From Candidatus Sumerlaeaceae bacterium (lineage in GTDB: Bacteria > Sumerlaeota > Sumerlaeia > Sumerlaeales > Sumerlaeaceae), in assembly GCA_049968255.1 (NCBI GenBank), contig JBMFRB010000001.1, positions 256,001 to 320,000 on the forward strand: a stretch of 64,000 nt of DNA. The letters are read 5' to 3'. The position numbers and the translations under genes were made by a program. Every line of letters starts with the position of its first letter. Within the stretch, counting starts at the first letter, position 1. The notes under the pieces were generated by a model. That model was not told the origin of the DNA. It saw only the letters and a list, made by a program, of their open reading frames with translations, and did no database searches. Positions 9,707-19,892 of the stretch are shown piece after piece.

Positions 9707-11246
9707 TTTCGTTCAAATAGATCACCGCGACGAGATCTTTCGAGTTTGGTGCGTGAATGGGAATTACTCCCACAGCAGGCGGTGGCGGCCTAAGAGGAAG
9801 GGTGACCACCGCAACTGCTTCGTTGCGAAGGGGAGGCCAGCGCGACAAGTCGACATCGAAGCCGAGCCACTCAAATTTGCCAATACGAGCAAGGTCGGGA
9901 CGAAACTGCGAGGGTGGGATGCGGCGGTAGACTGCAACCAAATATTCCGCGCCGAAAATTCGATAAAAGGCAATTCGGTCCAGGTTCGGTTCGAGCTGTT
10001 CAAGTATCGCGAGCGACTGCTTCACACCATATTGCCAGTTCCATGCCGACTGTGTCGAGTAATTTCCAAAATAACGGTAAGCGAAGGGGAGAAAGGCAAG
10101 CAGTTGCGCAAGCAAAAGAGGCAACGTGAGCGACCGGCGCCAATAATTCTTGGCAATGTGCTCAAGGTGAACTATGCCTATGGCTGCAATTGTTTGAACA
10201 GTCGGAATGCCGACTATAGAACGAAGCGCGTGCGGAACTCCTTCGCGTGTGAGGCTGGCCGCAACAGGATAACATGCTAACCAAGCAAGCAGTAACGAGC
10301 CAAAACGGCTGGGGCGACGAAGCAGAGCAACGACGCCCACAAGCAAACCGAGAAATTCGATGGCGGAGAGAATGCCGACTGCCGCTCCGTGGCGGAGTTC
10401 CGAGTCACCCCGAAGAACCAAAAATTGTGGGGAGAAGTGGGCTAGGTAATTGCGCGCGAAGAGTGAGATGATGGCCCCCAGCGATTGGTCTCGCCCAAAA
10501 ATACTAATCCGCGAGAAGCGTGCTTGAGCTGCTTCTGTGCGGAAAAAAAGAAGCCAGAGTGTCGGTAGGCTGACGAGGAGAAAAAGAACTGCGCTGGTGA
10601 GCGTCCATCGCCATTGGCGCCAAAGCTCGTGCCAATAAAGGCCCAGCATAAGCAAAATGAGAAGCGGGACGAAGGCTCGAGCGACATCGTAAGTGTAAAC
10701 AGCAAGCCCCAACGCGGCAGCTACCCCCAACAGTGCGTGATTCTTGCCCCGTAAGAATTTTTGCCAGCCGACCATGGCGCCAGCAAAAAATAGTGGCAAA
10801 AAAATGCCTTGCTGGGCCCAGCGGCTGAATACGATGTGCCACGGGGAAAACGCGAGGAAAACGGCAGCCCATAGCGCCGTCCGCAGGCCTCGCGCTTGCT
10901 CAATCCAAAGAAAGGTCAACAGCACGGTCAATGTTCCGACGAGAGCGGCCGGCAGTCGGGCCGCCCATTCGTTCATGCCACACAACCAAACACATGGCAC
11001 CGCCGCGTATTGATAGAGGGCGGATGTGGTCACGCCAAACACCTGAATAAAAAGTGGCAGAACATGGCCACTGCAGTCGCGGCCTGTGGTTGCGAGACAG
11101 AAAGCATTGTAGAGCTTCTCCGCTTCGTCGCGGAAAAGAGCTGGCGGAATAGCATCAAGCCTCAGTGTACGCAGGGCGGCAGCGATCAAGATCACCACGC
11201 TGATGAGCAGTCGGCGATCGCGATGAGGATGGATAATGAATCTCAT
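9660..11246 (-). CDS. GT-C fold (ArnT/PMT-like, GT39) glycosyltransferase
   Basis: N-terminal DEA motif (FRDEAEK), RLPAAL, FSPWHIVFSR; many TM helices. Confidence 0.82.
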   Translation of the reverse strand: MRFIIHPHRDRRLLISVVILIAAALRTLRLDAIPPALFRDEAEKLYNAFCLATTGRDCSGHVLPLFIQVFGVTTSALYQYAAVPCVWLCGMNEWAARLPAALVGTLTVLLTFLWIEQARGLRTALWAAVFLAFSPWHIVFSRWAQQGIFLPLFFAGAMVGWQKFLRGKNHALLGVAAALGLAVYTYDVARAFVPLLILLMLGLYWHELWRQWRWTLTSAVLFLLVSLPTLWLLFFRTEAAQARFSRISIFGRDQSLGAIISLFARNYLAHFSPQFLVLRGDSELRHGAAVGILSAIEFLGLLVGVVALLRRPSRFGSLLLAWLACYPVAASLTREGVPHALRSIVGIPTVQTIAAIGIVHLEHIAKNYWRRSLTLPLLLAQLLAFLPFAYRYFGNYSTQSAWNWQYGVKQSLAILEQLEPNLDRIAFYRIFGAEYLVAVYRRIPPSQFRPDLARIGKFEWLGFDVDLSRWPPLRNEAVAVVTLPLRPPPPAVGVIPIHAPNSKDLVAVIYLNENARVRLRDYAQKLSH

Positions 11247-13195
11247 TTTTGAGCAGCCCGGATGAGTTCGCGGTAGTAGTCAGCCCACAGGGGACGCCGC
11301 TGACGACAAAGGTCCCATTCGCGAATTGCCGTGGTGATGTCACCCAGGAAGAAATGCGCAAAGCCAAGCCGCTCGTGGACCTCGCAAGCTTCAAGATCGA
11401 GCAGCGCACGCCGGAGCATCTGCTGCGCTTCTGCGAAGTTGCCACGCATCAGGAGGAACGCACCGTATCGGCTCGACGCGTTCGAGTAGCGTGGATCCCA
11501 CTCTAGCGCTTTGCGCCAGTAACTTTCCACATCCGGGAAAGGCGGGCGCTGAAGAATCTCACTCACAGCGCGCAGCGTTTGTTGCGCCTTGTCTTTCTGG
11601 CCGTGCAGGAGCTCCTCGATGCCACGCCGAAATGTCGTCTCCGCGGCCTCCCATGGCACAATAAATCCCCCAGACGGCATGGGAAGAGGGGCTTCCGCGA
11701 GCGTTCGGCCCTGCTTGAAAAGGAATTCGGCCACCATTCGACGAGCGAACATTGTGCTCGAAATCAACAGAATGGCCGCAGTGATACTTAGCCAACCCAA
11801 CGAAGGAAAGTGCCGCCCGCGTGCTGAGAGTGCTGCTTCGTGCTGCAAATGGACTTGCGCAGCAGCCGCCTCCGGCAGCGCAAGAAATACGGCCAACCAT
11901 CCCGCATGGGAGGGAAGACGCAGCGGGAAACTCATGAGCGAATCGAGCAAAAAAACGCAAACTCCTGCAGCGCTTGCAAGGACCAAAAAGCGCCCGGCGA
12001 GGGAAGTGCCCTGGCGATGAAAGAGCCGGTGAGCGCGCGCAAAAAACGCGACGAAAATACCAAGATAAAGGACAAACCCAATAATGCCGAGCTCGGCCCA
12101 CACCTGAAGATATTCGTTGTGGGCTTCATTGGTGTAGGCACCAGCATAAATCCTCAGATGCGGATCGGCTAACAGGGCCGGCACAATTTGGCGAACATAT
12201 TCGAGCGTGAAATTCCCTAAACCGACACCTAACCACGGTTGGTGAACAATCATGTGCCACGTGGTTTTCCAGATGACCAGGCGCGTCGGCCAGCCCTCCA
12301 CCCAACGTTGGGAGCCAAATGCCTCGGCGAGCAGCGAGGGGACATGAGGATTGCCTGGTATTGGGAGAAAATAAAATAATAATAAGGCGACAAATAAGGA
12401 AATTAATCCTAATAAGCGGCGCCAGCGCAAAAGTTTGTGGTAGGGGCTCTGAAGCACAATCACTGTGCAAAGCACTAGAGTGATCAACGTGGCTCCTGAG
12501 GAGCCCACACTCCACGTGACAATTGCGCTTGCAGCCATAAGGCCGAGAGCAAAAAATACTGCGATTGGAAAGCGCGGCGTCGCGAGTAGCGCCAGAAGAG
12601 CGGCTGGAACAAACATTCCCACAAACCCAGCAATATGGCCGCTGTTGCCGAGGCCGGCGGCGAGATAGCCACGCCAGTCCGGCAACCGCGGCACGACACG
12701 GCCGAATATGTTACCTTTGGTGAAGTCCTCAGCCAATGTCCACAGGGCAGTGAGAGCGGCGGTGGTGATGCCGACTGCGAGGAGCGTCCAGCCAGCCCGC
12801 GGATGGCGCACGACAACGAGCGTGAGCAAAAGTAGCGCAAACAAGGTGCTAAAATAAGCTAAGGCGAAAAGGCCTAGCGCGGCTGAATGTGCATGAAGGA
12901 GTGAAAGACCTCCCCAGGCAACAAATGCTGCAAAAAAAATAGAATGGACGGGAAGCGTACATAGCCACGCTGTTCGACGCCATGCGCGGCGAAGAGCCAC
13001 AAGAACAATGGGAACTAGAAGCCACGCTATGAAGGCCATTTTCGGCGTGAGGAATGAGTCCTCGAGCTGGCCAACCCGAAGGAGCGGTAACCAGAAAAGA
13101 AGCAATGCTAGCAAAGCAAGGGCAAGGTCGCCACGCAAGATGGCGAGCGTTTCGCTGATATCTTGGCGCCGTAGGCCGAAAAAACGCTCTATCAT
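11243..13195 (-). CDS. O-antigen ligase-like (Wzy_C) protein with C-terminal TPR
   Basis: RLVIW...PWLGVGLGNF and EAHNEYLQVWAELG motifs; TPR-like C-terminus. Start inferred at ATG 13195 (ORF track 13387). Confidence 0.85.
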   Translation of the reverse strand: MIERFFGLRRQDISETLAILRGDLALALLALLLFWLPLLRVGQLEDSFLTPKMAFIAWLLVPIVLVALRRAWRRTAWLCTLPVHSIFFAAFVAWGGLSLLHAHSAALGLFALAYFSTLFALLLLTLVVVRHPRAGWTLLAVGITTAALTALWTLAEDFTKGNIFGRVVPRLPDWRGYLAAGLGNSGHIAGFVGMFVPAALLALLATPRFPIAVFFALGLMAASAIVTWSVGSSGATLITLVLCTVIVLQSPYHKLLRWRRLLGLISLFVALLLFYFLPIPGNPHVPSLLAEAFGSQRWVEGWPTRLVIWKTTWHMIVHQPWLGVGLGNFTLEYVRQIVPALLADPHLRIYAGAYTNEAHNEYLQVWAELGIIGFVLYLGIFVAFFARAHRLFHRQGTSLAGRFLVLASAAGVCVFLLDSLMSFPLRLPSHAGWLAVFLALPEAAAAQVHLQHEAALSARGRHFPSLGWLSITAAILLISSTMFARRMVAEFLFKQGRTLAEAPLPMPSGGFIVPWEAAETTFRRGIEELLHGQKDKAQQTLRAVSEILQRPPFPDVESYWRKALEWDPRYSNASSRYGAFLLMRGNFAEAQQMLRRALLDLEACEVHERLGFAHFFLGDITTAIREWDLCRQRRPLWADYYRELIRAAQK

Positions 13196-13395
13196 GGTTG
13201 AGGAAAAGTGGCGAAAATTTGTGACTGAGTCCAACAGAAAACTTTTTGCCCGAGGGGACTCGGCGTCACTATCGGCCCCGATGCGGGACAAACCAGAATT
13301 GTCCTCGTGGGAACTTGCATTCAAGCCTCTACCGCGCAGTCCTCGGAGTGAATAAAAGAGGCCTCTTCTCGTTAGGGAATTTCGCACCGAAAGGT

Positions 13396-13472
13396 CGGGG
13401 TGTAGCGCAGGTGGCTAGCGCGCAACGTTCGGGACGTTGAGGTCGCAGGTTCAAGTCCTGCCACCCCGACCA
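13396..13472 (+). tRNA. tRNA-Pro(CGG)
   Basis: CGGGGTG acceptor stem, anticodon arm CAACG-TTCGGGA-CGTTG, GGTTCAA T-loop, encoded CCA. Confidence 0.96.
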
Positions 13473-13671
13473 GTTTTTCATTCCTTCCAGAAAAAATGTT
13501 CTGGACTCTTATTTTTGGCTGCTGCGCATTATTCTGTCGGGATTGCGCACGCCAGAAGTTTTCCCGACGCGTTGCTTCGGGCAGCCTGTGGCCAAGGCTC
13601 TCTGGCCGCATTCCTAGGGACAACCTCTAGGTTGGATATTTTCCGTAGGCGAAAGGACGGTTTTGCCAGAC

Positions 13672-14298
13672 ATGCTGCGCCGACTGTTACCGAAGAAAAC
13701 GAATTTTTTCGACTTTTTTGACCGACATATCGAACTCACCATCGAAGGATGCAAGGAACTGCTTGACCTAGCCGTCACGAGCGACAACGTCGAGCAGCGT
13801 GCCAGCCGTATCAAAGAACTCGAGCATGCCACGGACCGCATCACGCATGAGTGCATCGAGGCACTGCACGAGACGTTCATAACGCCGATTGAACGCGGGG
13901 ACATCCACCGCTTGATGAAACGCATGGATGACATCATTGACGCGGTGGATTCTGCCGTTATGCGCCTGCGTTTGTATGAGATCCGTGAGCTACGCGAAGA
14001 AGTACGGATGGCAGCGGCGCTCCTGGTCAACGCAACCACGGAGATTGCCAAGGCTCTAAAGTTGATGCGCAGCCCTGATAACCTTGAGGCGATTAAGACG
14101 TGCTGTGTGAATATCTATGGCTTTGAAAATGAGGCCGACACAGTCTTGCGCCGCGCATTGGCCCGCCTTTTCAAAGAGGAACCGGATCCGATCGTCGTGA
14201 TTAAGTGGAAAGAAATTTTCGAGATTCTCGAGCTAGCGTCCGATCGGTGCGAGGACGTGGCGAACATTATTCAGGGCATCACGATTGAGGCGTCGTAA
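13672..14298 (+). CDS. DUF47 phosphate-transport regulator (PhoU-like)
   Basis: IKELEHATD, TFITPIERGDI, DRCEDVANII; adjacent to a PiT transporter. Confidence 0.9.
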   Translation: MLRRLLPKKTNFFDFFDRHIELTIEGCKELLDLAVTSDNVEQRASRIKELEHATDRITHECIEALHETFITPIERGDIHRLMKRMDDIIDAVDSAVMRLRLYEIRELREEVRMAAALLVNATTEIAKALKLMRSPDNLEAIKTCCVNIYGFENEADTVLRRALARLFKEEPDPIVVIKWKEIFEILELASDRCEDVANIIQGITIEAS

Positions 14299-14300
14299 CG

Positions 14301-15326
14301 ATGAGTTTCATTTTCGTGGTTGTTGTGCTCACAATTGCGGCAGCGCTTATTTTTGACGTGATCAATGGTTTTCACGACTGCGCCAATAGTATCGCCACGA
14401 TTGTCTCCACGCGCGTGCTTACGCCTGGTCAGGCCGTGATGTGGGCGGCGTTTTTCAATTTCGCTGCGATGTTTTTCTTCGAGGCAAAAGTTGCAGATAC
14501 CGTCTCGAAAATAGTCAAAATTACAAGTGGCGAATCGGCCTATGTTTACGTGGTGCTGTGTGGCCTGATTGGCGCTATTGTGTGGGACTTGCTCACATGG
14601 TGGTGGGGAATTCCCACAAGCAGCTCCCACGCACTCATTGGCGGTTTTGCAGGGGCGGGCATTGCCTACGGTGGGCTAGGGATAATTTCTTGGAACCGCC
14701 TGTGGCACACCATGATTTTTATCCCTGCCGCACCAGTCCTCGGGATGATTCTCGCTTTCGCGATCACACTGACGGTCTTTTGGCTGTTCCGCAATTGGCG
14801 GCCGCGAACCGTGGACAAGTTTTTCCGAAAAGGTCAACTTCTGTCGGCCGCCCTGTACTCACTCGGCCATGGCGGCAACGATGCTCAGAAAACCATGGGG
14901 ATTATCGTGGCCCTCTTGGTGGCTGTGGGGGTATTTTCGCCGCAGAAAGAACTTGCGCTAAGCGATCCTGCCTCGCTGGCGATCATTTTTTCCTGCCATT
15001 TGGCGATGGGAATCGGAACGGCTCTCGGTGGCTGGCGGATCGTGAAAACGATGGGCATGCGCCTGACGAAGCTTCAGCCGGTGGGAGGTTTCTGCGCTGA
15101 ACTCGCTGGTGCCTCGACATTGTTCATGGCAACGCACTTTGGAATTCCAGTCTCGACTACCCACACGATTACGGGAGCAATTGTAGGTGTGGGAGCCACA
15201 CAAAAGGTTTCCGGCGTAAAGTGGGGAATCGCAGGGCGCATCGTGTGGGCGTGGATTTTCACGATCCCCTGCGCGGCTCTCGTCTCGGCGGCGTGTTTTC
15301 TCGCCTTGAAGCCATTTCTTCACTGA
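14301..15326 (+). CDS. Inorganic phosphate transporter, PiT family
   Basis: NGFHDCANSIAT, PTSSSHALIG, HGGNDAQKTMG, PVSTTH. Confidence 0.95.
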   Translation: MSFIFVVVVLTIAAALIFDVINGFHDCANSIATIVSTRVLTPGQAVMWAAFFNFAAMFFFEAKVADTVSKIVKITSGESAYVYVVLCGLIGAIVWDLLTWWWGIPTSSSHALIGGFAGAGIAYGGLGIISWNRLWHTMIFIPAAPVLGMILAFAITLTVFWLFRNWRPRTVDKFFRKGQLLSAALYSLGHGGNDAQKTMGIIVALLVAVGVFSPQKELALSDPASLAIIFSCHLAMGIGTALGGWRIVKTMGMRLTKLQPVGGFCAELAGASTLFMATHFGIPVSTTHTITGAIVGVGATQKVSGVKWGIAGRIVWAWIFTIPCAALVSAACFLALKPFLH

Positions 15327-15597
15327 GCTTGCAAGAAAGTTTGGTGCCAGAGGAGAAGACGATACGTCGCACTGACGTCTCAAACGTTGCCGTACATTAA
15401 TTTCACACGGCATGGGAAGTGGCGTGGCGCGATTATTTTTCTGAGTGCGAGAAAACGGCTGACTCACAACATGCGTCGTGACAAAGACTTGTCCACGACA
15501 TGCCCAAAAGTATTCCTCGATTAAATAAATGCTGGACAGTCGCGTGTCCCCTGTTTTCAATCGCGCTCTAAAACGATCTCAAAAGAGGTCCACGGCC

Positions 15598-16839
15598 ATG
15601 GTCTTGCCAGGAATTAAAACGCGAAAAGGGTTGCTCTTACTCAAAAGTCCAGACAGCCCTGCTGAACGCACAGCGGAAAAGAGACGTATCCGCAAACATC
15701 AGGTGCTAGATGCCATTCGAAGATATGGTCCTATTGCCCGCGTGGAAATCGCGCGTAAATTAGGATTCAATCTTCCCACGGTTTCCAATCTTGTGGATGA
15801 GCTGGTGCGCGAAGGTCTCGCTATTGAATCAGAGCCGCGCCGCACAGCCATCGGTCGGCGCCCCATCCCTGTGTACCTGAATCCGCATGCAGCCTGCGTG
15901 CTCGGAGTAGATTTGGGAAAGATCGTGACAATTGGCCTGATCATGAATTTAGGTGGAACGATCCTCGGCCGCGTGGAAAAATCCACGCCAACTTTTTCTT
16001 CGGCCTCTGAGCAGGGCCGATGGGTGCAGGAGTTTGTGCGTGAATTTCTCCGTGAGCACGCGGAAACTCTGCCCCCGCTTGCGGGCGTTGGAGTTGCGCT
16101 CCCCGGTTTCATTTATCGCCCCGAGCGCGCGGAACGCCACCTCACTCCCGAAGTGGAAGAGATCCAGCGCCGCCTGGAAGAAGACCTTGATGTGCCGATC
16201 ATCGTGGACAACGACGCGCAGATGATGGCGCTTGGTGCGCTATGGTTTGGCAATGCGTCAAACTACCGGACGTTTTGCATCCTGAACATCGGCTATGGCA
16301 TCGGCATGGGCACGGTGATTGACCGGGCTGTCTATCAGGGATTCTTTGGTCACGCCGGAGAGATAGGCCATATTCCCTTCGGGCAAGCGGGCTATCCGTG
16401 TTATTGCGGCGGGCATTCGTGCCTCGAAAACACGGCGTCGGGCTCGGGTGTCGAACGCATGGCGCGTGAGATGGAGCTTTGGCCTTCGGACAAAATTTTC
16501 TCGGCCTTTGATATCGCGGATCTGGCTCGAAAGGGAGATCAAACAGCGGTAACAATCTGGAACCGTTTTGCCACAGCACTGGCTCGTGCGATCGGGACAG
16601 TCATCACGCTTTTCAATCCGCAGGCTGTGATTCTTGCTGGCCGCTACACAAAATGCAGCGACGTATTCTTCGACCGCATGATGGAAGAGCTGAAAGCCAC
16701 GACCTTCCCTGCCTTGCTGAATGAAACTGATATCGTCGTCAGCGACCTGAAAGAAAATGCTGGCCCGCTTGGCACGTGTGCGTGCGTATTGCACCACATC
16801 TTCTCGGCATCGCACATTCCAGCCGTTGCGGTGGTGTAA
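15598..16839 (+). CDS. ROK family transcriptional regulator (NagC/XylR-like)
   Basis: N-terminal wHTH (PIARVEIARKLG...TVSNLVDEL), GRRP, GEIGH and CYCGGHSCLE Zn motif. Confidence 0.92.
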   Translation: MVLPGIKTRKGLLLLKSPDSPAERTAEKRRIRKHQVLDAIRRYGPIARVEIARKLGFNLPTVSNLVDELVREGLAIESEPRRTAIGRRPIPVYLNPHAACVLGVDLGKIVTIGLIMNLGGTILGRVEKSTPTFSSASEQGRWVQEFVREFLREHAETLPPLAGVGVALPGFIYRPERAERHLTPEVEEIQRRLEEDLDVPIIVDNDAQMMALGALWFGNASNYRTFCILNIGYGIGMGTVIDRAVYQGFFGHAGEIGHIPFGQAGYPCYCGGHSCLENTASGSGVERMAREMELWPSDKIFSAFDIADLARKGDQTAVTIWNRFATALARAIGTVITLFNPQAVILAGRYTKCSDVFFDRMMEELKATTFPALLNETDIVVSDLKENAGPLGTCACVLHHIFSASHIPAVAVV

Positions 16840-16953
16840 CCTCCTCACTAGGGCGACTTCATTTAGGAACACGAAAGCGTTCGCGCGGGGGCAGGGAGCG
16901 CTTGACTTGGCAATGCTCCCATGGGCCAAAAGATCTGCGGGACGGTAAGCCTA

Positions 16954-19647
16954 ATGGCGGACAAGGAGCTTTACCTTATAGACGGGCATTCGCAGGTTTT
17001 CAAAGCGTACCACGCGATACAACAGCTCTCGACCTCGACGGGAATTCCCACCAATGCCGTCTTTGGCTTTTGCCAAATTCTGCATGCGTTGTTACGCAAC
17101 CATAATCCCGAATACCTGGCTGTGGTGTTTGACCGTCCCGAAGCAACATTCCGCGAAGCGATCTATGAGCAGTATAAAGCAAATCGTCCAGCCCCGCCGG
17201 CCGATCTTCCGCAACAGATGGCGTTCATCCAGCGCATTCTCGATGCCCTTCGTATACCGTATTTTGAAGCTCCAGGATATGAAGCCGACGACCTGATCGC
17301 CACAATTACGAAGCGCGCCCTGGCCGAAGGCTTCAAGGTTGTCATCGTAACAGCGGACAAAGACCTCTTCCAGCTCGTGAACGATCAGGTCGAGATCCTG
17401 AAGCTAGAGCCCGATGGCGAAGTGCGGTTTAATCGTCAAGCCGTGAGAGACAAGATGGGCGTGCACCCGGAGCAAATGTTGGATTTTTTGGCCATGGTTG
17501 GCGATGCTAGCGACAACATTCCCGGGATTCGAAAGGTGGGGCCCAAAACGGCAGCTAGTCTGCTGGCGGAATTTGGTTCGCTCGATGCCGTTCTGGAACA
17601 TGCGCATCAGCTCAAAGGCAAGCTGCGCGAATACGTAGAGCAAGGCAAGAACGACGCACTACTTTCGCGTCAACTCGTGGCCCTTCGCGATGATGCGCCC
17701 GTGGAAATCGATTGGGCCAAGCTTCGCCGGCAGGAGCCAGATTACGAGCGGCTGGCGGAAATTTATCGCCAGCTCGAGTTCCGACAATTCTTGCAAGAAA
17801 TTCTCTCAAAAGCCGCTCCGAAGGCGAAAGCCGTTCCAGTGAATTATCGAGCAATCTTCGATAGCAAGGAGTTAGAAAGATTTTGCGAAGAGGCAAAACG
17901 GGCAGGGCGGTTCGCTATTGATACCGAAACAGACTCGCTCGACGCGCTTTCCGCAAACTTGGTCGGCATCTCGCTCGCCTATCGCGCACACGAGGCAATT
18001 TACATTCCCCTGGGTCACCGCGGAAGCTTGCTGGAAAATCAGCCGCAGCAGATTAGCGTCAGCGACATTTACAAAATTCTTGGCCCACTGCTTCGTGATA
18101 GCGCAGTGCTGAAAATTGGTCACCACATCAAATTCGACCGGAAAGTCTTGCTCAAATACGGATTCGTTTTTCAAGGACCAGGCGCCGACACGCTCTTGGC
18201 CTCTTACCTGCTCAATCCCGACAAGCGCACGCACGGCCTAAAAAATCTCGTCCTAGACTGGCTTGGCGAGCAGATGACCCATCTGCAAGAGCTCATCGGC
18301 ACTGGGAAGCAGCAGATGACGTTCGACGGCGTGGATATCGAAACAGCCACGCGATATGCTGCAGCAGACGCCGATATGACGTTGCAGCTATGGGATAAAC
18401 TTGAGGCAAAGCTGCGCGAAGCGCAGCTCATCGAGCTCTTTGAGCGTATCGAAATGCCGCTCATCGATGTTCTGGTGGACATGGAGCTGGCGGGTGTGCG
18501 CATCGACGTCGACCATTTCCACAAGCTTTCCCAGCAGCTCGAACAGCGCCTAAACCACCTACGCACCCAAATTGTGGCGCTGGCTGGCGTCGAGTTCAAT
18601 CCGTCATCGCCTCGGCAGGTAGCCGATGTTCTTTTCCAGCATCTCAAGCTGCAGCCGAAACGTAAAGGGCGAATTGGCTACTCGACTGACATGGAGGTTT
18701 TGGATGAACTTTCGGCAGAACACGAATTGCCGAAACTCATCTTAGCATTCCGCCAGTTAGAGAAACTGAAGAACACCTACGTGGACGTGCTGCCGACGAT
18801 GCTCAATCCGGTGACCGGACGGATCCACACATCGTTCAATCAGACGATGGCAGCGACGGGACGTCTGACTTCGAGTGATCCCAACCTCCAAAATATCCCC
18901 GTGCGAACCGAGATCGGTCGTGAAATTCGCCGAGGATTTTTGCCGTCGCGCGAGAGCAACATCCTGCTGAGCGCCGACTACTCTCAGATCGAGTTGCGGA
19001 TCCTAGCGCACGTGTCACAGGATGAGCAACTCATTCGCGCATTTCGGGAAGAACGTGACGTGCACGCGCTCACGGCATCAAAGATTTTTGGCGTTGAGCC
19101 AGCCGACGTTACTCCTGAACAACGCGACCAAGCTAAGGTTGTGAATTTTGGGATTATTTACGGAATGAGTGCCCCTGGCCTCAGCCAGCGCCTGAAAATC
19201 CCTCTCGAACAAGCAAAAAGATTCATCGCCCAGTACTTCGAAGCCTATCAGGGCGTGAAAAGGTGGATCGAACAAATCATTCAGACGGCGCGGCAGTTTG
19301 GTTACGTGACCACACTTAGCGGGCGCAGGCGTTACCTTGCCGACATCAACTCGCAAAACTATAACGCACGCGCGGCGGCGGAGCGCATGGCTATCAACGC
19401 ACCCATTCAGGGATCCAGCGCTGATATGATCAAACTCGCCATGCTCGATATCCATCGTTGGCTAAAAGAAAGCGATTACCAGGCGCGCATGATCCTCCAA
19501 GTGCACGACGAACTGATTTTTGACGTGCCCGAGGAGGAACTCGAAAACATTCTGCCAGAAGTTCGGCGCAGAATGGAGAACGCAATGCCGCTCTGCGTGC
19601 CGGTTCGTGTGGATTGCAAATGGGGCAAGAATTGGGCCGAATGCTGA
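16954..19647 (+). CDS. polA: DNA polymerase I
   Basis: 5'-3' exonuclease (LIDG, YEADD), 3'-5' exonuclease (DTET), polymerase motifs ADYSQIELR, KVVNFGIIYG, LQVHDEL. Confidence 0.98.
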   Translation: MADKELYLIDGHSQVFKAYHAIQQLSTSTGIPTNAVFGFCQILHALLRNHNPEYLAVVFDRPEATFREAIYEQYKANRPAPPADLPQQMAFIQRILDALRIPYFEAPGYEADDLIATITKRALAEGFKVVIVTADKDLFQLVNDQVEILKLEPDGEVRFNRQAVRDKMGVHPEQMLDFLAMVGDASDNIPGIRKVGPKTAASLLAEFGSLDAVLEHAHQLKGKLREYVEQGKNDALLSRQLVALRDDAPVEIDWAKLRRQEPDYERLAEIYRQLEFRQFLQEILSKAAPKAKAVPVNYRAIFDSKELERFCEEAKRAGRFAIDTETDSLDALSANLVGISLAYRAHEAIYIPLGHRGSLLENQPQQISVSDIYKILGPLLRDSAVLKIGHHIKFDRKVLLKYGFVFQGPGADTLLASYLLNPDKRTHGLKNLVLDWLGEQMTHLQELIGTGKQQMTFDGVDIETATRYAAADADMTLQLWDKLEAKLREAQLIELFERIEMPLIDVLVDMELAGVRIDVDHFHKLSQQLEQRLNHLRTQIVALAGVEFNPSSPRQVADVLFQHLKLQPKRKGRIGYSTDMEVLDELSAEHELPKLILAFRQLEKLKNTYVDVLPTMLNPVTGRIHTSFNQTMAATGRLTSSDPNLQNIPVRTEIGREIRRGFLPSRESNILLSADYSQIELRILAHVSQDEQLIRAFREERDVHALTASKIFGVEPADVTPEQRDQAKVVNFGIIYGMSAPGLSQRLKIPLEQAKRFIAQYFEAYQGVKRWIEQIIQTARQFGYVTTLSGRRRYLADINSQNYNARAAAERMAINAPIQGSSADMIKLAMLDIHRWLKESDYQARMILQVHDELIFDVPEEELENILPEVRRRMENAMPLCVPVRVDCKWGKNWAEC

Positions 19648-19794
19648 CATGAGAAAATAAGACAAGGCTCGCAGAACCCGTAAAACCTAACGGATGGACG
19701 CAACCAAGAAAGCATGGAAGCTAAAGGACCGAGGAGGGGGAGTTCACTGCGAGGGAAGAGAGAAATGAGCACGCTCTCGTATGTGTTGGGCCAC

Positions 19795-19836
19795 AAAAAG
19801 ACTCTGGCTCCCTTCCGGTTGGACGGAAGGAAGCCA
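19795..19836 (-). terminator. Probable terminator of the Hsp70 operon
   Basis: Hairpin TGGCT-C-CCTTCCG/CGGAAGG-A-AGCCA with an A-tract on its left (T-tract on the minus strand), between convergent genes. Confidence 0.5.
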
Positions 19837-19892
19837 CCTATCTCGGTTCTTGCAGAGAGAGTGAGCCTTTTTGGTGGCTCATGCGAGCGGGC

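Noticed and set aside
13396-13472. tRNA-Pro (and tRNA-Lys at 45999) as integration sites of an island
   Set aside because: No integrase, no duplicated tRNA 3' end noticed, and flanking genes are housekeeping.
15431-15455. NagC/ROK-like operator upstream of the ROK regulator
   Set aside because: Only a weak TTTTCT-N7-AGAAAA inverted repeat, and the spacing does not fit well.
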